Notes: generated by a model not told the origin, from the sequence alone. A stretch of 64,000 nt of DNA from an uncultured Gemmatimonadales bacterium (GCA_963821525.1 CAWGED010000008.1:32001-96000), one strand, 5' to 3'; numbered from the stretch's first letter, positions 1 to 13,405 are shown. Translations and numbers: made by a program.

Positions 1-199
1 CGGCGGCGGGATCGCGCCCGAGGACCAGGCGCGTGATCTTCGAGAAGTTCGGCCGGGTTCACGGCCCCGATGCGAAGCCGGGCACGGGGCTCGGCCTCTT
101 CATCGCGCGCGTCGATCGCGGAGGCGCACGGCGGGACGCTCGAGGTCTCGTCGCGTCCCGGGGCGGACGACCTTCACGCTGACGCTGCCGGCCGCGTAG
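1..199 (+). CDS. Sensor histidine kinase, C-terminal HATPase_c fragment (cut by window edge, frameshifted)
   Basis: Joined frames read GGGIAPEDQ..IFEKFGRVHG..GTGLGLFIARSIAEAHGGTLEV..TFTLTLP (F and G2 boxes); TAG at 197-199. Confidence 0.85.
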   Translation, partial: GGGIAPEDQARDLREVRPGSRPRCEAGHGARPLHRARRSRRRTAGRSRSRRVPGRTTFTLTLPAA

Positions 200-215
200 C
201 CGGCGCGCGATCGGG

Positions 216-2241
216 CTACGCCGGGTTCTTCGCCGGCGCGCGGCGGAACAGGCGCTCGAGCTCGCGCGCGCGGTCTGCCACGCGGGCGCGCAGCTCGGGC
301 GGCGCGAGCACGACGGCCTCGCCGCGGAACGAGAGCACCTCGCCGATCAGCCATTCGGGGCTTCCGACCGGCCGCTCGGACAGCGCGGAGCCGTCGTCGA
401 GCGGCGTCGCGCCCTTCTCGACCTCCCAGCGCGCGACCGCCGGCGAGTACCAGATGCGCGCGGTCGTCGCGTCGTGGAGCTCCGAGCGGTCGAACCCGAT
501 CCGGGGCGTGAAGCCCTTCCGCAGCTGCTTCGCGTTCTTCATCCGGTCGAGGCGGTAGCTCCGCGGCTGGTCGCGGTCGAGATCCCAGGTGTGGACGTAC
601 CAGTGCGGCAGCCGGCGCTCGATCGAGTACGGCTCGACCGTCCGCGTGCTCGACCTCGGTCGATTCCGGCTTGAGGTACTCGAGCTCGACGACGCGGTGC
701 CCGTCGATCGCCCGCGTGAGCGTCGCGACGAGGTCCTCCTCGGCGCCGCCCTGCGGCTCGGGCGTCTGCGTCAGGTCGAACGCGCCGAAGGTCTCCTCGA
801 GCTTCGCCCGGACGCGGTCGAGCGGCGAGTCGCGTGCCGGCGGCGATCATCGGGCCGACGAACTCGAGCGCGAGGCGGATCGCGCGAGCCTCGAGCGGCG
901 TCAGGCGCGGCGCACGGCGGAACGTGTCGCCGAAGAGCTCCTTGTCGACGTGCACCTCGTCGCCGCGCAGCTCGGCGTAGACGGCGTAGCAGCCGCCGCC
1001 GAAGTTGACCAGGTTGAGCAGCGACAGGTGCTCCTCGAGCGCCTCGGGCGGGATCGAGAACCCCTCGATCAGGTCGCGCGCCGGGATCACGGCCTCGCGC
1101 TCCTCGCCGCACGCGGTCAGGAGGTAGGCGAGCAGCGACTGGAGGACGCCGAAGCGCTCCGGCGCGACCGGCCCGGACGGTCGCTCGCTCGGTGATCTCG
1201 TGCTCGCGCTCGCGGGCGGGCGCCGCCGGCACCGGCGCGGCGCCGTCGTGCACGTTGCGCGCGTCGCGCGCGCCCTCGACGACGAGCCGGCGCAGCGCCG
1301 ACGGCTCGAGCGGCACCGCACGGCCGTCCTGGCGGAGGATCCAGCGCGCGAGCAGCGGCAGCGAGGCGTACTCGGTGACGAACACGTCGCCCTCGATGCG
1401 GTTCCGGCGGTCCGTCGTACACGCGCTCGAGCCACCAGGCGGTGTCCGGCGCCACCTCGACCCGCGCCTCGCCGGCGACCTTGCCGAACTGCCAGTCGGC
1501 CCGGCCGCGGTACTCCTCGATGTCGAAGTTCTCGGGCATCCGGAAGTCGCGCTCGCGCCGCGACGCGTAGCGGATGTCGGAGCGGATCCGCGAGACGCGG
1601 AAGTTCTTGACGACCTCGTCCTCCTGATCCTCGCCGATCACGTACCAGGTGCCGTTCTCGGGCAGCAGCGCGTACGGGTTGAGCTCCGCTCGCGCTAGGT
1701 CGTCGCGGGCGATCGACCAGTAGCGGAACCGCACCGTGCGCTGCTTCGAGATCGCGCCCTCGAGCTTGCCGAGGCGGCCCTGGAGCTCCGGCGTGTAGTC
1801 GGGATCGCGGACCTCGACCCGGACCGCGGTCGGCGGTCGGCGCGCGTCGAGCGCGCCCGACGAGCGGCCGAGAGCGAGGTTCTGGAGCGCGAGCCGCAGC
1901 GGCTCGGCGTACGCGAAGCGTCCCTCCAGCAGGTAGAGGCAGGTTTGCAGCGCGGCGAGCTCGTCGTCGTCGAGCTCGAGCGGCGGCAGGAAGTAGCGCT
2001 CGGAGCGGAGCGTGTACAGCTCCTCGCCGGTGTACTCGTCGCGCTGCGAGTCGAGCGGCACGCCGAGCCCGACGAGCTCGGCGCGGTCGGAGTAGAAGCG
2101 GCGCGCGAACGCCTCGTCGCTCATCTCCTGGTAGCCCTCGACGTTCGACTTGATGTCGCGCGCCGTCAGCGGCCGGCGCTCCGCCATCAGAAACGCAACA
2201 AGCGAGAGCTGGCGGATCAGCTTGTCGGTGTCGTGGCTCAT
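216..2241 (-). CDS. Fused PafB-PafC-like WYL-domain transcriptional regulator (two HTH-WYL-WCX modules; frameshifted)
   Basis: N-terminus LIRQLSLVAFL..FARRFYSDRAELVGLGVP (PafB-like HTH), WYL motif PYALLPENGTWYVIG..NFRVSRI; second module ERFGVLQSLLAYL..RRAPRLTPLEARAIRLAL..WYVHTWD..RSYRLDRM (PafC-like). No stop/start pair between modules. Confidence 0.85.
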
Positions 2242-2344
2242 CCGGGTCCGAGCTTACAGCCCGGACCCGGATCGGCTCTCGATCAAGCGCGACGCGCCGA
2301 TCGCCCAGGCCGCGCTGTCAGGCTGCGACGTTCAGGCTGCGACG

Positions 2345-2806
2345 TTAGGCTGCGAGCTTGGAACGCTCGAGGTGGTGGTGTGACGGGCAGTAGTCGCGCT
2401 CGGGCAGCGGCGTGCGCTGGCACGGCTTGCCCTTGCGCGTCGTCGCGTGGCAGCGCGCGACGCCGCCCTCGAACGTGCCGGCTTCGATCTGCTCCTCGAT
2501 GAACTCGACCGCGGCGCCGACGCCTCGGTGACCGTCCAGGCGATCTGAGCCTGGACCGTGATCGGGAAGTAGCGGCGGATGTCCTGGAAAAGCGCACGGT
2601 CCGGCTTGGCGAAGTAGTGCGGATCGGAGGCGAGCCGCTCCATCGTCCCCTCGCACGCGGCCAGCACCTCGCGCCGGTATTCGAGGCTGCGTGGGCGCGT
2701 CCGCGTACGGGTCGACGAGGTCCTTGATCGAGCGGTAGATCGCTCGAGAGTACTGGTACATGCAGTGCTGAATTTGCAGCATGCGTTCGTCCATTTGGGT
2801 GCTCAA
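2345..2806 (-). CDS. Hypothetical protein with C-terminal C-x9-C-x10-C-x2-H zinc-finger-like motif (DUF5763-like); frameshifted
   Basis: TTG start at 2806 with GGAGGAG RBS just upstream; joined ORFs 2345..2896 and 2332..2667; C-terminus RCHATTRKGKPCQRTPLPERDYCPSH. Confidence 0.7.
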   Translation of the reverse strand: MSTQMDERMLQIQHCMYQYSRAIYRSIKDLVDPYADAPTQPRIPARGAGRVRGDDGAARLRSALLRQAGPCAFPGHPPLLPDHGPGSDRLDGHRGVGAAVEFIEEQIEAGTFEGGVARCHATTRKGKPCQRTPLPERDYCPSHHHLERSKLAA

Positions 2807-3006
2807 GCTCCTCCCACGTGCCTCGGAAACTCGTGTCAACAACGGCGTTTGGCGCTCCCCGACCCCATCCGCTGCGGGAGAGATTACACCGTCCACAAGT
2901 CTGTTACAAGTGTTTTCTTCCTGGCTAACGGATTGGAGCCGCTTCCGGCCGTTCCGGAGGCGCCCGATTCGGCCGTGTCGTCCGCACGCCGGCCTACGGT
3001 TTCGCC

Positions 3007-3204
3007 ATGGCGATGTGCCAGGTCTGCCGCCGGAACCTGCTCGCGGGCGAACGCTTTCGCCGCTGGCGGTACGCCGGCCGCGACTCGACCGTGTGCGTCG
3101 TCTGCGAGCCGGACGCCCGCAAGTCGGGCTGGGTGCCGCTGGCGGAGCATGACGAGCGCCAGAGCGTGAACGGCCTCAGCGGGACGGTTCGGCGGGTGGC
3201 GTGA
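3007..3204 (+). CDS. Small 65-aa CxxC...CxxC putative zinc-binding protein
   Basis: Intact ORF with CQVC and CVVC; TACGGT -10-like hexamer 6 nt before the ATG. Confidence 0.65.
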   Translation: MAMCQVCRRNLLAGERFRRWRYAGRDSTVCVVCEPDARKSGWVPLAEHDERQSVNGLSGTVRRVA

Positions 3205-4408
3205 GCCGATCCGCCGCATCCGCACGCCGAGCCGGCGGGCGGCGAGCGGCACCGTCGAGCCCTGCACGACGACCGACGCCAGCACGACGACGAAGACGAT
3301 CTCGTAGAGCTGCGCCGGCGTCGTGGAACGCCGCGCTCGAGCGCCGAGCGAGGCGAGCAGGATCGGGACCGCGCCCTTCAGCCCGCCCCAGACGACGAAC
3401 GCCTCTCGCCGCGGCCGGAGCCGTGACCGGCAGGAGCAGCGGCCCGACGACGAGCGGGCGGATCACGAGCGCGAGCACCGCCGCGAGCACGAGCCCCTCG
3501 ACCCAGCGGTCGCCGCCGAGCGACGTGATCGAGATCGTCAGCCCGAGCGCGACGAAGACGACGATCTCGGCGAGCGACGAGAGCGCATCGTAGAAGATCT
3601 CGGTCTCGCGCCTTGAACGGGGCGCGGACGTCGCCGACGAGCAGGCCGGCGACGAAGACGGCGAGGAAGCCCGAGCCGTGCGCGACCGCGGCGACGCCGT
3701 AGACGAGGCCCGGCGCCGGCGAGCGTGCGCAGCGTGTAGAGCCCGCGGTCGGCAGCGAGAGCCGGCGCATCACCGCGCCGAGCGCGAGCCCGCCGGCGAT
3801 CCCGACCGCGAGCCCGATCGACATCTGGAGCGCGAACTCGCGCACGACGATCCAGAAGCGTCGCGTCCGCATGCGTCGCGAGCTCGATCATCCCGATCAT
3901 CAGCGCGATCCCGACCGGGTCGTTCGCGCCCGACTCGCCGAGCAGGATCGTCCCGGTGCGGCCGCCGATCTCGCGGTCGCCGAGCACCGAGAACATCACC
4001 GCCGGGTCGGTCGGCGCGACCGCGGCGCCGAGCAGGCCGCCGACGATCCAGCGAAGCCCGAGCGCCCAGTGCGCGACGAGCGCGATCCCGCCCGCGGTCG
4101 CGAACGTGCCGAGGAGCCCGAGCGACGACGATCGGCACGCGCGGCGGCGCGGAAGCGGCGCCAGCCGATCGAGAGGCCGCCGTCGAAGAGGATCACGATC
4201 AGCGCGACCGTGGCGACCCGCTCGACGGTCTCGCGTCGAGACGCTCGAGCGACGGGAAGACGTCGGACGCGAAGGCGGCCGGCGACGAGGAACGGTGCGG
4301 CCGACGGGGATCGAGACGCGCTCGCTCAGCTTCGTGCGTCAGGAGCGCGCACGAGAGCGCGCCGGCGACGATCAGGATCGCCGTGCCGAAGGTCGTGACG
4401 TCGTGCAT
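3176..4408 (-). CDS. CPA1-family cation:proton antiporter (NhaP2/CvrA-like); frameshifted, 3' end approximate
   Basis: Motifs ILFDGGL, APTDPAVMFSVLG, GESGANDPVGIAL, HGSGFLAVFVAGL, WGGLKGAVPILLA, SVVVQG across joined frames. Confidence 0.85.
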
Positions 4409-4511
4409 CGCGGCCGACGCTAACCCGCCCGGCCGGAAGCCGCCGCGGGTGCTGCGAGAATTCCTTACTTTTTTGTCATGCACGGCATACTTCGGACGAC
4501 GATACTCTTCC

Positions 4512-5044
4512 ATGCCGATGCGGCGTATTGCTCCTCATCCTGCTCGTCGTGCCTGCTCGCTCGCGGCTGCCCGCGGCGCTCGCCGGCGGCACGGCGAGCG
4601 GCGAGCGGCTCGCTCGTCGTCTCCAACGCGAACGCGTCGACGATCATCGTGCAGGGAAGCGGCGTGATCTTCGGGCACATCGACTCAGGGCACGCTGACG
4701 ATCGTCGACTACGACGCCCGACGAGACGCAGAACGCCGCAGGTCAGCGGCGCGACGAGGAGGGTCGCGCCGGCAAGCGCGATCCGGCTACTCCGGCAGCG
4801 ACATCCGCTTCCTCTTCCCGAACGGGCGCTACACGCTCGAGCTCGAGGGCGTCGGGATCGACGTCTCCGCCGTCGGCAAGGGCATCGTCAGCGCCACCGG
4901 CGCTCGGCACGAACGACGACGGGACCGTCGCGACGAACGGCGGCAAGGCGCTGCAGGTGGGCTCAGGGCTCCGCGATCGCTCGTGTTCGGCGCGAAGCAA
5001 GGCCGCGAACGCGGCGACGCGCCGGCAGGCAAGGCGCGTCCTAG
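4512..5044 (+). CDS. Hypothetical secreted beta-rich protein (frameshifted)
   Basis: MPMRR plus hydrophobic signal-like stretch; mature part [52 protein letters not shown]; stop abuts the response regulator start. Confidence 0.6.
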
Positions 5045-5046
5045 GC

Positions 5047-5770
5047 GTGTCGCGCGGCCGCGCCGACCATCCTGGTCGTCGAGGACGAGAGCTCGATCGC
5101 CTCGTTCGTCGCGCTCGTACCTCAAGAACGCCGGCTACGCGGTCAAGACCGCGGCGACCGGCGGCGACGCGCTCGCGCAGGTCGCGCTCGAGCGAGCCGG
5201 CGCTGATCGTGCTCGACCTGATGCTCCCGGACATCGACGGGATCGAGGTCTGCAAGCGCATCCGCCAGACCTCCGACGTGCCGATCCTGATGCTGACCGC
5301 GCGCGACGAGGACGTGGACAAGATCATCGGCCTCGAGGTCGGCGCCGACGACTACCTGACGAAGCCGTTCAACCCGCGCGAGCTCGTCGCGCGGATCAAG
5401 TCGGTCCTCCGGCGCTCGACGCCCGAGCGGCCGCGAGCGCGAGACCGAGGTGATCCAGCACGGCGACCTGCGCGTCGACGCCGGCCGCCACGAGGTGCAC
5501 GTCGGCGACGAGGAGATCCAGCTCGCGCCGAAGGAGTTCGACCTGCTCTGGGAGCTGCTCGACCACCGCGGGCTCGTGCTGACGCGCGACCAGCTGCTCG
5601 AGCGGGTGTGGGGCTACACGTTCGCCGGCGACACGCGCACGGTCGACGTCCACGTGCGCCAGCTCCGCCGCAAGCTCGGCGACGCGTCGCCGATCGTCAC
5701 CGTCTGGGGCGTGGGCTACAAGGTCTCGCCCGGCGCGAGACGCGCAGAAGGACGCCGCGCCGGCGTCTAG
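5047..5770 (+). CDS. OmpR/PhoB-family response regulator (frameshifted)
   Basis: [38 protein letters not shown], winged helix [23 protein letters not shown]. Confidence 0.95.
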
Positions 5771-5781
5771 CGAGGCCGGCC

Positions 5782-7188
5782 GTGTTCTCGTCGCTCCGCG
5801 TCCGGCTGCCGCTGATCTTCCTCGGCGGGATCGTCGTCGCGCGCTCTCGTCACGACCGCGATCGCGGTCCAGCTCTTCCGCTCGTTCGCCCACGACCAGA
5901 CGGTCAGCCGAGCTGCGGCGGGAGGCGAACGGGATCGCGCAGCTCTACTCGAACGCGATCAACGGCGACTTCGACACGTCGGACAGGCGCGACTCGCGCC
6001 GGGCGCCGACGTTCGCCCGCGCGAGCCTCGAGCGCGCGACGGGCGACCGGATCTACTTCGCCGGGCGTGACGCCGTTCCCGGGCGAGAAGTCGGGCCTGC
6101 CGGCCGCTCAACCTCGAAGTCGATCGACTGGACCTCGGGCGGAGCGCTGACGTTCGAGTTCACGCCGCCGGGCCTGCAGCCACACCTACTCGCCGTCGCG
6201 CATCCGGTCAACCTCGGGCAAGACGCCGATCGGCGCGATCATCGTCGCGAAGCAGAAGACCGACGTGCAGCAACAGCGTGCTGGCGCTCGTCGAGCGGCT
6301 CGCGCTCGCGGGCGTCGTTCGGCCTCGCTCGTCGCCGGCGCTGCTCGGCGTGGTACCTCTCGTGGCGCGTCGTCACGCCGGTGCTCGCGCTCTCGCGCGC
6401 CGCCGACCAGGTCGCCGGGCGGCGACTACGACGTCGAGCTGCCGGTCAGCGCGGTCGGCGAGATCGGGCACCTCACCGAGCGGTTCGGCGAGATGGCCGA
6501 GAGGCTCGCCGAGTCCGAGGCGCTCGAGCGCAACTTCCTCATGTCGGTCTCGCACGAGCTGCGCACGCCGCTGACCGCGATCCGCGGCCACGTCTCGGCG
6601 CTGCGCGAGGGCCTGGTCGAGGACCCCGAGCTGCGCGAGCACTCGCTCGAGATCGTCGAGGCGGAGGCGCACCGGCTCGAGCGGCTCGTCGGCGACATCC
6701 TCGACCTCGCGAAGCTCGACGCGCACCGCTTCACGGTCATGCAGCGAGGAGGTCGACATGGAGCAGCTCGTCGAGCCGCGCGTACGAGACGTTCAGCGAC
6801 GAGGCGCGGCGCGCGGTCGATCGACTACCGCGTCGAGGTCGAGCGCGCGGCCGGTGATCGTCTCCGACGGCGACCGCGTGCTCCAGATCGTCGGCAACCT
6901 GCTCTCGAACGCGTTCCGGGCGACGCCCGACGGCGGCGCGGATCCAGCTCGGGCTCGGCCAGCAGAACGGGACGATCAGCGTCGTCGGTCGAGGACACGG
7001 GGCCCGGGATCCCGCCCGAGCAGCGCGAGCGGCTCTTCCGGCCGTTCGTCTCAGGCGACGCGGCGGCACGGGGCTCGGGCTCGCGATCGCGAAGGAGCTC
7101 TCCGGCGCGCTCGGCGGGCGGATCGACCTCGACTCGGAGCGTCGGCCGCGGCTCGCGCTTCGAGCTGCGTGCTGCCCGCGCGGGGTAG
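5782..7188 (+). CDS. HAMP-domain sensor histidine kinase (frameshifted)
   Basis: [22 protein letters not shown]-box [15 protein letters not shown]-box [11 protein letters not shown]1 EDTGPGIP; G2 GTGLGLAIA. Confidence 0.92.
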
Positions 7189-7216
7189 ACCGGCGTTCCT
7201 GCCGGAGCGCGCCGGG

Positions 7217-7615
7217 CTAACCGGCGTCGGCCGGGCGCAGCTCGACGACCGCGCCGCGCGGCGGCGAGCGGCGCGCTCGATCCGGTCGAGGCGCTCGTTC
7301 AGCGCCGCGCCACTGGCCGGTGATCAGCTCGACGAGGAGCGCGAGGTCGTCGACGCGCGCGTGCCGCTCGGCCAGCAGGTCGGTCTCGAGCCGCTCGAGG
7401 CGGCGGATCGTCTGGTTCGCGAGCCCCTTCACCTCGGCGAGCCGGCGCGAGATCGGCGCCGCCTCCTCGCGCAGGCCGTCGCGGAGCGCGCTCCCGACCG
7501 CGTCGGGGAGGACGACCTGGAGCTCGTCGGCGGTCAGCGCGAGCGCCTCGACCTGCAGCCGCGCGCGCTCGAGCGCGGCGGCGACCTCGGGCGGGAGCGA
7601 GTAGCGATCGTCCAT
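7217..7615 (-). CDS. Hypothetical coiled-coil protein
   Basis: ORF with host-like codon use and heptad pattern (IRRLERLETDLLAERHARVDDLALLVELI); TACCGT 7 nt before ATG. Confidence 0.65.
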   Translation of the reverse strand: MDDRYSLPPEVAAALERARLQVEALALTADELQVVLPDAVGSALRDGLREEAAPISRRLAEVKGLANQTIRRLERLETDLLAERHARVDDLALLVELITGQWRGAERAPRPDRARRSPPRGAVVELRPADAG

Positions 7616-7700
7616 CGACTCGACGGTAACGCGCGCCGGACGGAATCAAGCGTCCGCGCGCTGCGAGCACGTTGCGAGACGCGGCGCGAGAATGGACGGC

Positions 7701-8639
7701 GTGCGCACCGACGAGCTCGACTACGACCTGCCGCCCGAGCTGATCGCCCAGCAGCCGGCCGAGCGGCGCGACGAGTCGCGGCTGCTCGTCTACTCGCGGG
7801 CGACCGGCGAGGTGCGCCACGCGCGCTTCCGCGAGCTGCCGGACGAGCTCCCGCGCGGGACGCTCACGGTCGTGAACGACACGCGCGTCGTGCCGGCGCG
7901 GATCCCGATCGAGCGGCCGCGCGGCGAGGTGCTGCTGCTCGAGCGGCTCGGGGGCGACGAGTGGGAGGGGCTCGCGCGGCCGACGCGCCGCCTGCGCGCG
8001 GGCGGGCGCTACGGGCCGGTCGAGCTCGCTCGAGCACCTCGGCGAGGGCCGCTGGCGGCTGCGGCTCACGGGCGAGCCGGCCGGCGAGGCGCCGCTGCCG
8101 CCGTACATCACCGAGCCGCTCGCCGACCCGGAGCGGTACCAGACGGTGTACGCGCGCGGTCGAGGGCTCGGCCGCCGCGCCGACGGCGGGCCTGCACTTC
8201 ACGCCGGAGGTGCTCGCGCGGCTCGACGTCGAGCGCGTCACCCTCCACGTCGGCCTCGACACGTTCCGGCCGATCGCGGCGGACGACGGTGGAGGAGCAC
8301 GAGATCCACGGCGAGCGCTACGAGGTGCGCGCCGGACGCGTGGGAGCGGATCCGCGGCGCCGAGCGCGTGCTCGCGGTCGGCACGACGACGGTGCGCGTG
8401 CTCGAGACGCTGGCGCGCGGGCGCTCCGCTCGCCGGCCGCACCGAGCTCTTCGTCACGCCGGGCTTCGAGTTCCGCCGCGTCGACCGCCTGCTGACGAAC
8501 TTCCACCTGCCGCGGTCGACGCTGCTCGCGCTCGTGATGGCCTTCGCGGGCGTGGAGGAGACCCGCCGCCTCTACCGCCTCGCCGATCGAGGAGCGGTAC
8601 CGCTTCTACTCCTTCGGCGACGCGATGCTGATCCTGTGA
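7701..8639 (+). CDS. queA: S-adenosylmethionine:tRNA ribosyltransferase-isomerase (frameshifted)
   Basis: LDYDLPPELIAQQP, VNDTRVVPAR, PLPPYI, RYQTVYA, GSAAAPTAGLHFT, VTLHVG, AVGTTTVR, TNFHLPRSTLL, YRFYSFGDAMLI. Confidence 0.97.
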
Positions 8640-8831
8640 GCCATGCCTGCCGGGACAATGGCGGAGTCTGACCCCTGGCTGTCCGAACGGACATGCGACC
8701 GGACATGGCCGAAGCGATCCGGCGATCGCGGCTCGCAGCCTCGACCTCCGAGACATGTCGCATTCGGCGTCACGCTCGCAGGTGCATGCCCCGGGCATGG
8801 CCGAAAGCGACGATGGGCTAGGCTCGCGCCG

Positions 8832-10229
<1,398 letters not shown>

Positions 10230-10273
10230 AACGCCGAGACTCCGACCGGAGTCCCGGCTAACCTGCTTCTGGC

Positions 10274-13083
10274 TTGGCCTCCCGCCGCTCTCATCTGATC
10301 CTCCTCGGCCTCGCTGCTCGCGGCGCTCGCCGGCGTCGTCCTGCTCGCTGTCCCGGGCTCGCCGATCCACAAGCAGCTGCGCAAGGGCCTCGACCTGCAG
10401 GGCGGCCTCGAGGTCGTGCTCGCAGGCGCAGCCGCCGAAGGGCCACACGCTCACGGCCGACGACATCAACCGCTCGGTCGAGATCATGCGCGAACCGCGT
10501 CGACAAGCTCGGCGTCTCCGAGCCCGAGATCCGCAAGCAGGGCGCGAACCAGATCGTGATCCAGCTCGCCGGCGGTGCACGACCCGAACCAGGCGCGCGC
10601 AGATCATCGGCAAGACCGCCGCAGCTCGAGCTCTACGACCTGACGCCGTCGCTGCTTCCGCCTCCATCGACGCGTCGCAGAACCCGGTCGCCTTCACGGG
10701 CCTGTACGAGCTCCTGTCAGCGCGTGCAGACGGGTCAGAAGGGCCCGCCGAGCGCGTACTACCTCTTCAACCCGAAGGACGAAGAGGGTCATCAGCCGGG
10801 CCCGTCGACAACCGCGCCGAGCTGCCTGAAGCGGCAATCGCGGCAAGGTGCCGAAGGGCATGGAGGTGCTCGACCGTCCCGAGCAGGGCGGTCGTCATCA
10901 CCTGCGACGCGCAGATCGCGGTCGTCTGCCCGGGCCTGACGGCGGCGTCCAGCCGACGCCCGGCGTGACCTACTACTACCTCTTCAAGCACGGCAGTCTA
11001 CGCGAGCGACGCGGCGAGCCCGTACCCGCAGATGACGGGCAACGAGCTGAAGCTGAGCGGGACGCGGCAGGACTTCGACCCGCAGAGCGGCCAGCCGATC
11101 GTGACGATGCAGTTCACGGGCACGGGCAACAAGGTCTTCCACGAGATCACGCGGCGCCGAGGCGGTGCGCGGCGCGACGCTCGGGCTCGACCAGAGCTTC
11201 GCGATCGTGCTCGACAACCAGCTCTGCTCGTACCCGTCGATCGACTACAAGCAGTACCCGAGCGGGATCGACCCGACCGCAACGGCGGCGCGCAGATCAC
11301 CGGGCATCGCCTCGGCCGGCGGAGGCGAAGAACCTCGCGCTCGTGCTCCAGACCGGCGCCCTGCCGGTCAAGTTCGACACGGTCGCGCGCACGCGACGTC
11401 TCCGCGACGCTCGGCAAGGACTCGCTGAAGCAGGCGCGGAACGCGGCGATCGGCGGCCTGATCGCGGTCGTGCTCTTCCTGCTCATCCTGTACCGCTTCC
11501 TCGGCCTCGTCGCGGTGCTCGGGCTCGCGCATCTACGCGCGCCTTCATGTACGCGGCGATCCTGATCTTCGGCGTCACGCTGACGCTGCCGGGCTTCGCC
11601 GGCCTGATCCTGACGATCGGCGTCGCGGCCGACGCGAACGTCGTCATCTTCGAACGCATCAAGGAAGAGGTGCGCGTCCGGGAAGAGCGTGCGCGCCGCG
11701 ATCGCGGCCGGCTACGCGAAGGGCTTCCACACGATCGTCGACGCGAACGTCGTCGACGTGCATCACCGCGCTCGTCCTGTTCGGGTTCGCGACCGCAGGG
11801 GTGAAGGGCTTCGCGCTCATGCTGCTGATCGGCACGGTGATCTCGCTGATCACGGCGGTCGCCGCGACGCGCGCGATGCTCGGCCTGCTCGGCCGGGTTC
11901 GCGCTGGTTCAACGAACCCGCGGTTCATGGGCGCGACGGCGACCGAGATCCCGACGCTGGCAGCGGATCGACGTCACCGGCCGGCGGCGGCTCTGGTTCA
12001 TCATCTCGATGGTCGCGATCGTCGGTCAGCATCGTGCGCGCTCGATCGTCCAGGGCCTGAACCTCGGCATCGACTTCAAGGGCGGCGTCCAGATCGACGC
12101 TTCACGACGCCGACCCCGACGTCGCTCGTCGACGGTCCGGAACCGAGATGACGGAGAAGGGCGCGGTCGTCCAGGGCGCGGCAAGTCGACCGGCGGCGAG
12201 TCGTACAAGAGCTTCCAGATCCGCCTGAAGAAGCTGTCCGCGGCCGACCAGGCGAGGCTGACGAACCGTCTCAGCGACAAGGTCAATGCGGAAGTCCAGG
12301 GCGTCAAGAACGTCTCGGCGAGCTTCAGCCGCCAGATCCTCAAGGGCGCGATCTGGGCGATCTTCGGCTCGTTCCTCCTGATCGCGCTGTACGTGTCCTT
12401 CCGCTACCAGTGGCGGTTCGCCATCCCGATCCTGCGGACGCTGATCAACGACATCCCGATCACGCTCGGCGTCTACGCGATCTCGGGCCGCGAGGTGACG
12501 GCGTCGACCGTCGCCGCCCTGCTCACCATCCTCGGGTACTCGGTCTACGACACGATCATCGTCTTCGACCGGGTGCGCGAGAACATCAGGCTGATGCCGC
12601 GCGCCAGCATCGCGACGATCGCGAACGTGTCGGTGTGGGAGGTGCTGCGCCGGTCGATCGTGACGTCGGTGATCACGCTGCATCCCGATCGTGGCGCTGT
12701 TCATCTTCGGCGGCGCGACGCTGAAGGACTTCGCGTTCGCGATCATGGTCGGGATCAGCGTCGGCGCCGTCTCGACGATCTTCATCGCGACGCCGCTGCT
12801 CACGGGGCTGCTCGAGCGCGACCCGCAGTACGCGGCCCGCAAGGACGTGCCGATGGACGACGAGGTCCGCAGGCGCGTGCTCCGCGACGCCGAGGTCGCC
12901 GCCTCCGCGGAGCCCGTTCCGGCGACGCCGATCGACGAGCTCGAGCACGTGATCGAGGGCTCGGTCGAGGGCGGCGACGGGGACGTCGACGTGGACGGCG
13001 AGGACGAGCTGGCCGCGTCGCAGGACGCGAAGCGCGAGCGCCGGCGGCAGCGGCGCCGTGCGAGGCCGCATGGACGGCGCTGA
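10274..13083 (+). CDS. secDF: Fused protein translocase subunit SecDF (many frameshifts)
   Basis: SecD motifs [59 protein letters not shown] continue via [19 protein letters not shown] into SecF motifs [39 protein letters not shown]. Confidence 0.93.
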
Positions 13084-13387
13084 CGGCGCGTCCGAGCGCG
13101 ACCCGGTCCTCGAGCGTCTCCTCTCCCTGATCGGCCCCCGCGTGGACGACGCCCGCTCGCTCGTCGAGGAGGCCGCCTCGCGCTGGCGGGGCGACGCGCT
13201 TCGCGTCAGCGAGGGCACGCGGCACCGGCTCCGCGACCTCTTCCACGAGCTCGGCCTCGTCACGCGCGAGGACTGGGACGAGCTCGAGCTCCGAGTGGCG
13301 CAGCTCGAGCACCGGCTGCGCCTGCTCGAGGACCGCGCGGACGCCGCGCCCGGGCCGCCCGAGTGGCCCTCGCGAACCCAGGGATAG
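13070..13387 (+). CDS. Small coiled-coil protein, phasin/UbiK(BMFP)-like C-terminus
   Basis: LFHELGLVTREDWDELELRVAQLEHRLRLLE resembles the LxLVTREEF..LE..L..LE tail; overlaps secDF stop. Confidence 0.65.
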   Translation: MDGADGASERDPVLERLLSLIGPRVDDARSLVEEAASRWRGDALRVSEGTRHRLRDLFHELGLVTREDWDELELRVAQLEHRLRLLEDRADAAPGPPEWPSRTQG

Positions 13388-13405
13388 AGCCGCTTCCGGG
13401 CCCCG

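Noticed and set aside
216..2241. WYL protein as marker of an anti-phage defence island
   Set aside because: PafBC-type double module in a housekeeping neighbourhood with no defence genes.
13070..13387. ubiK assignment
   Set aside because: Only the generic coiled-coil tail matches and there is no ubiquinone gene context.
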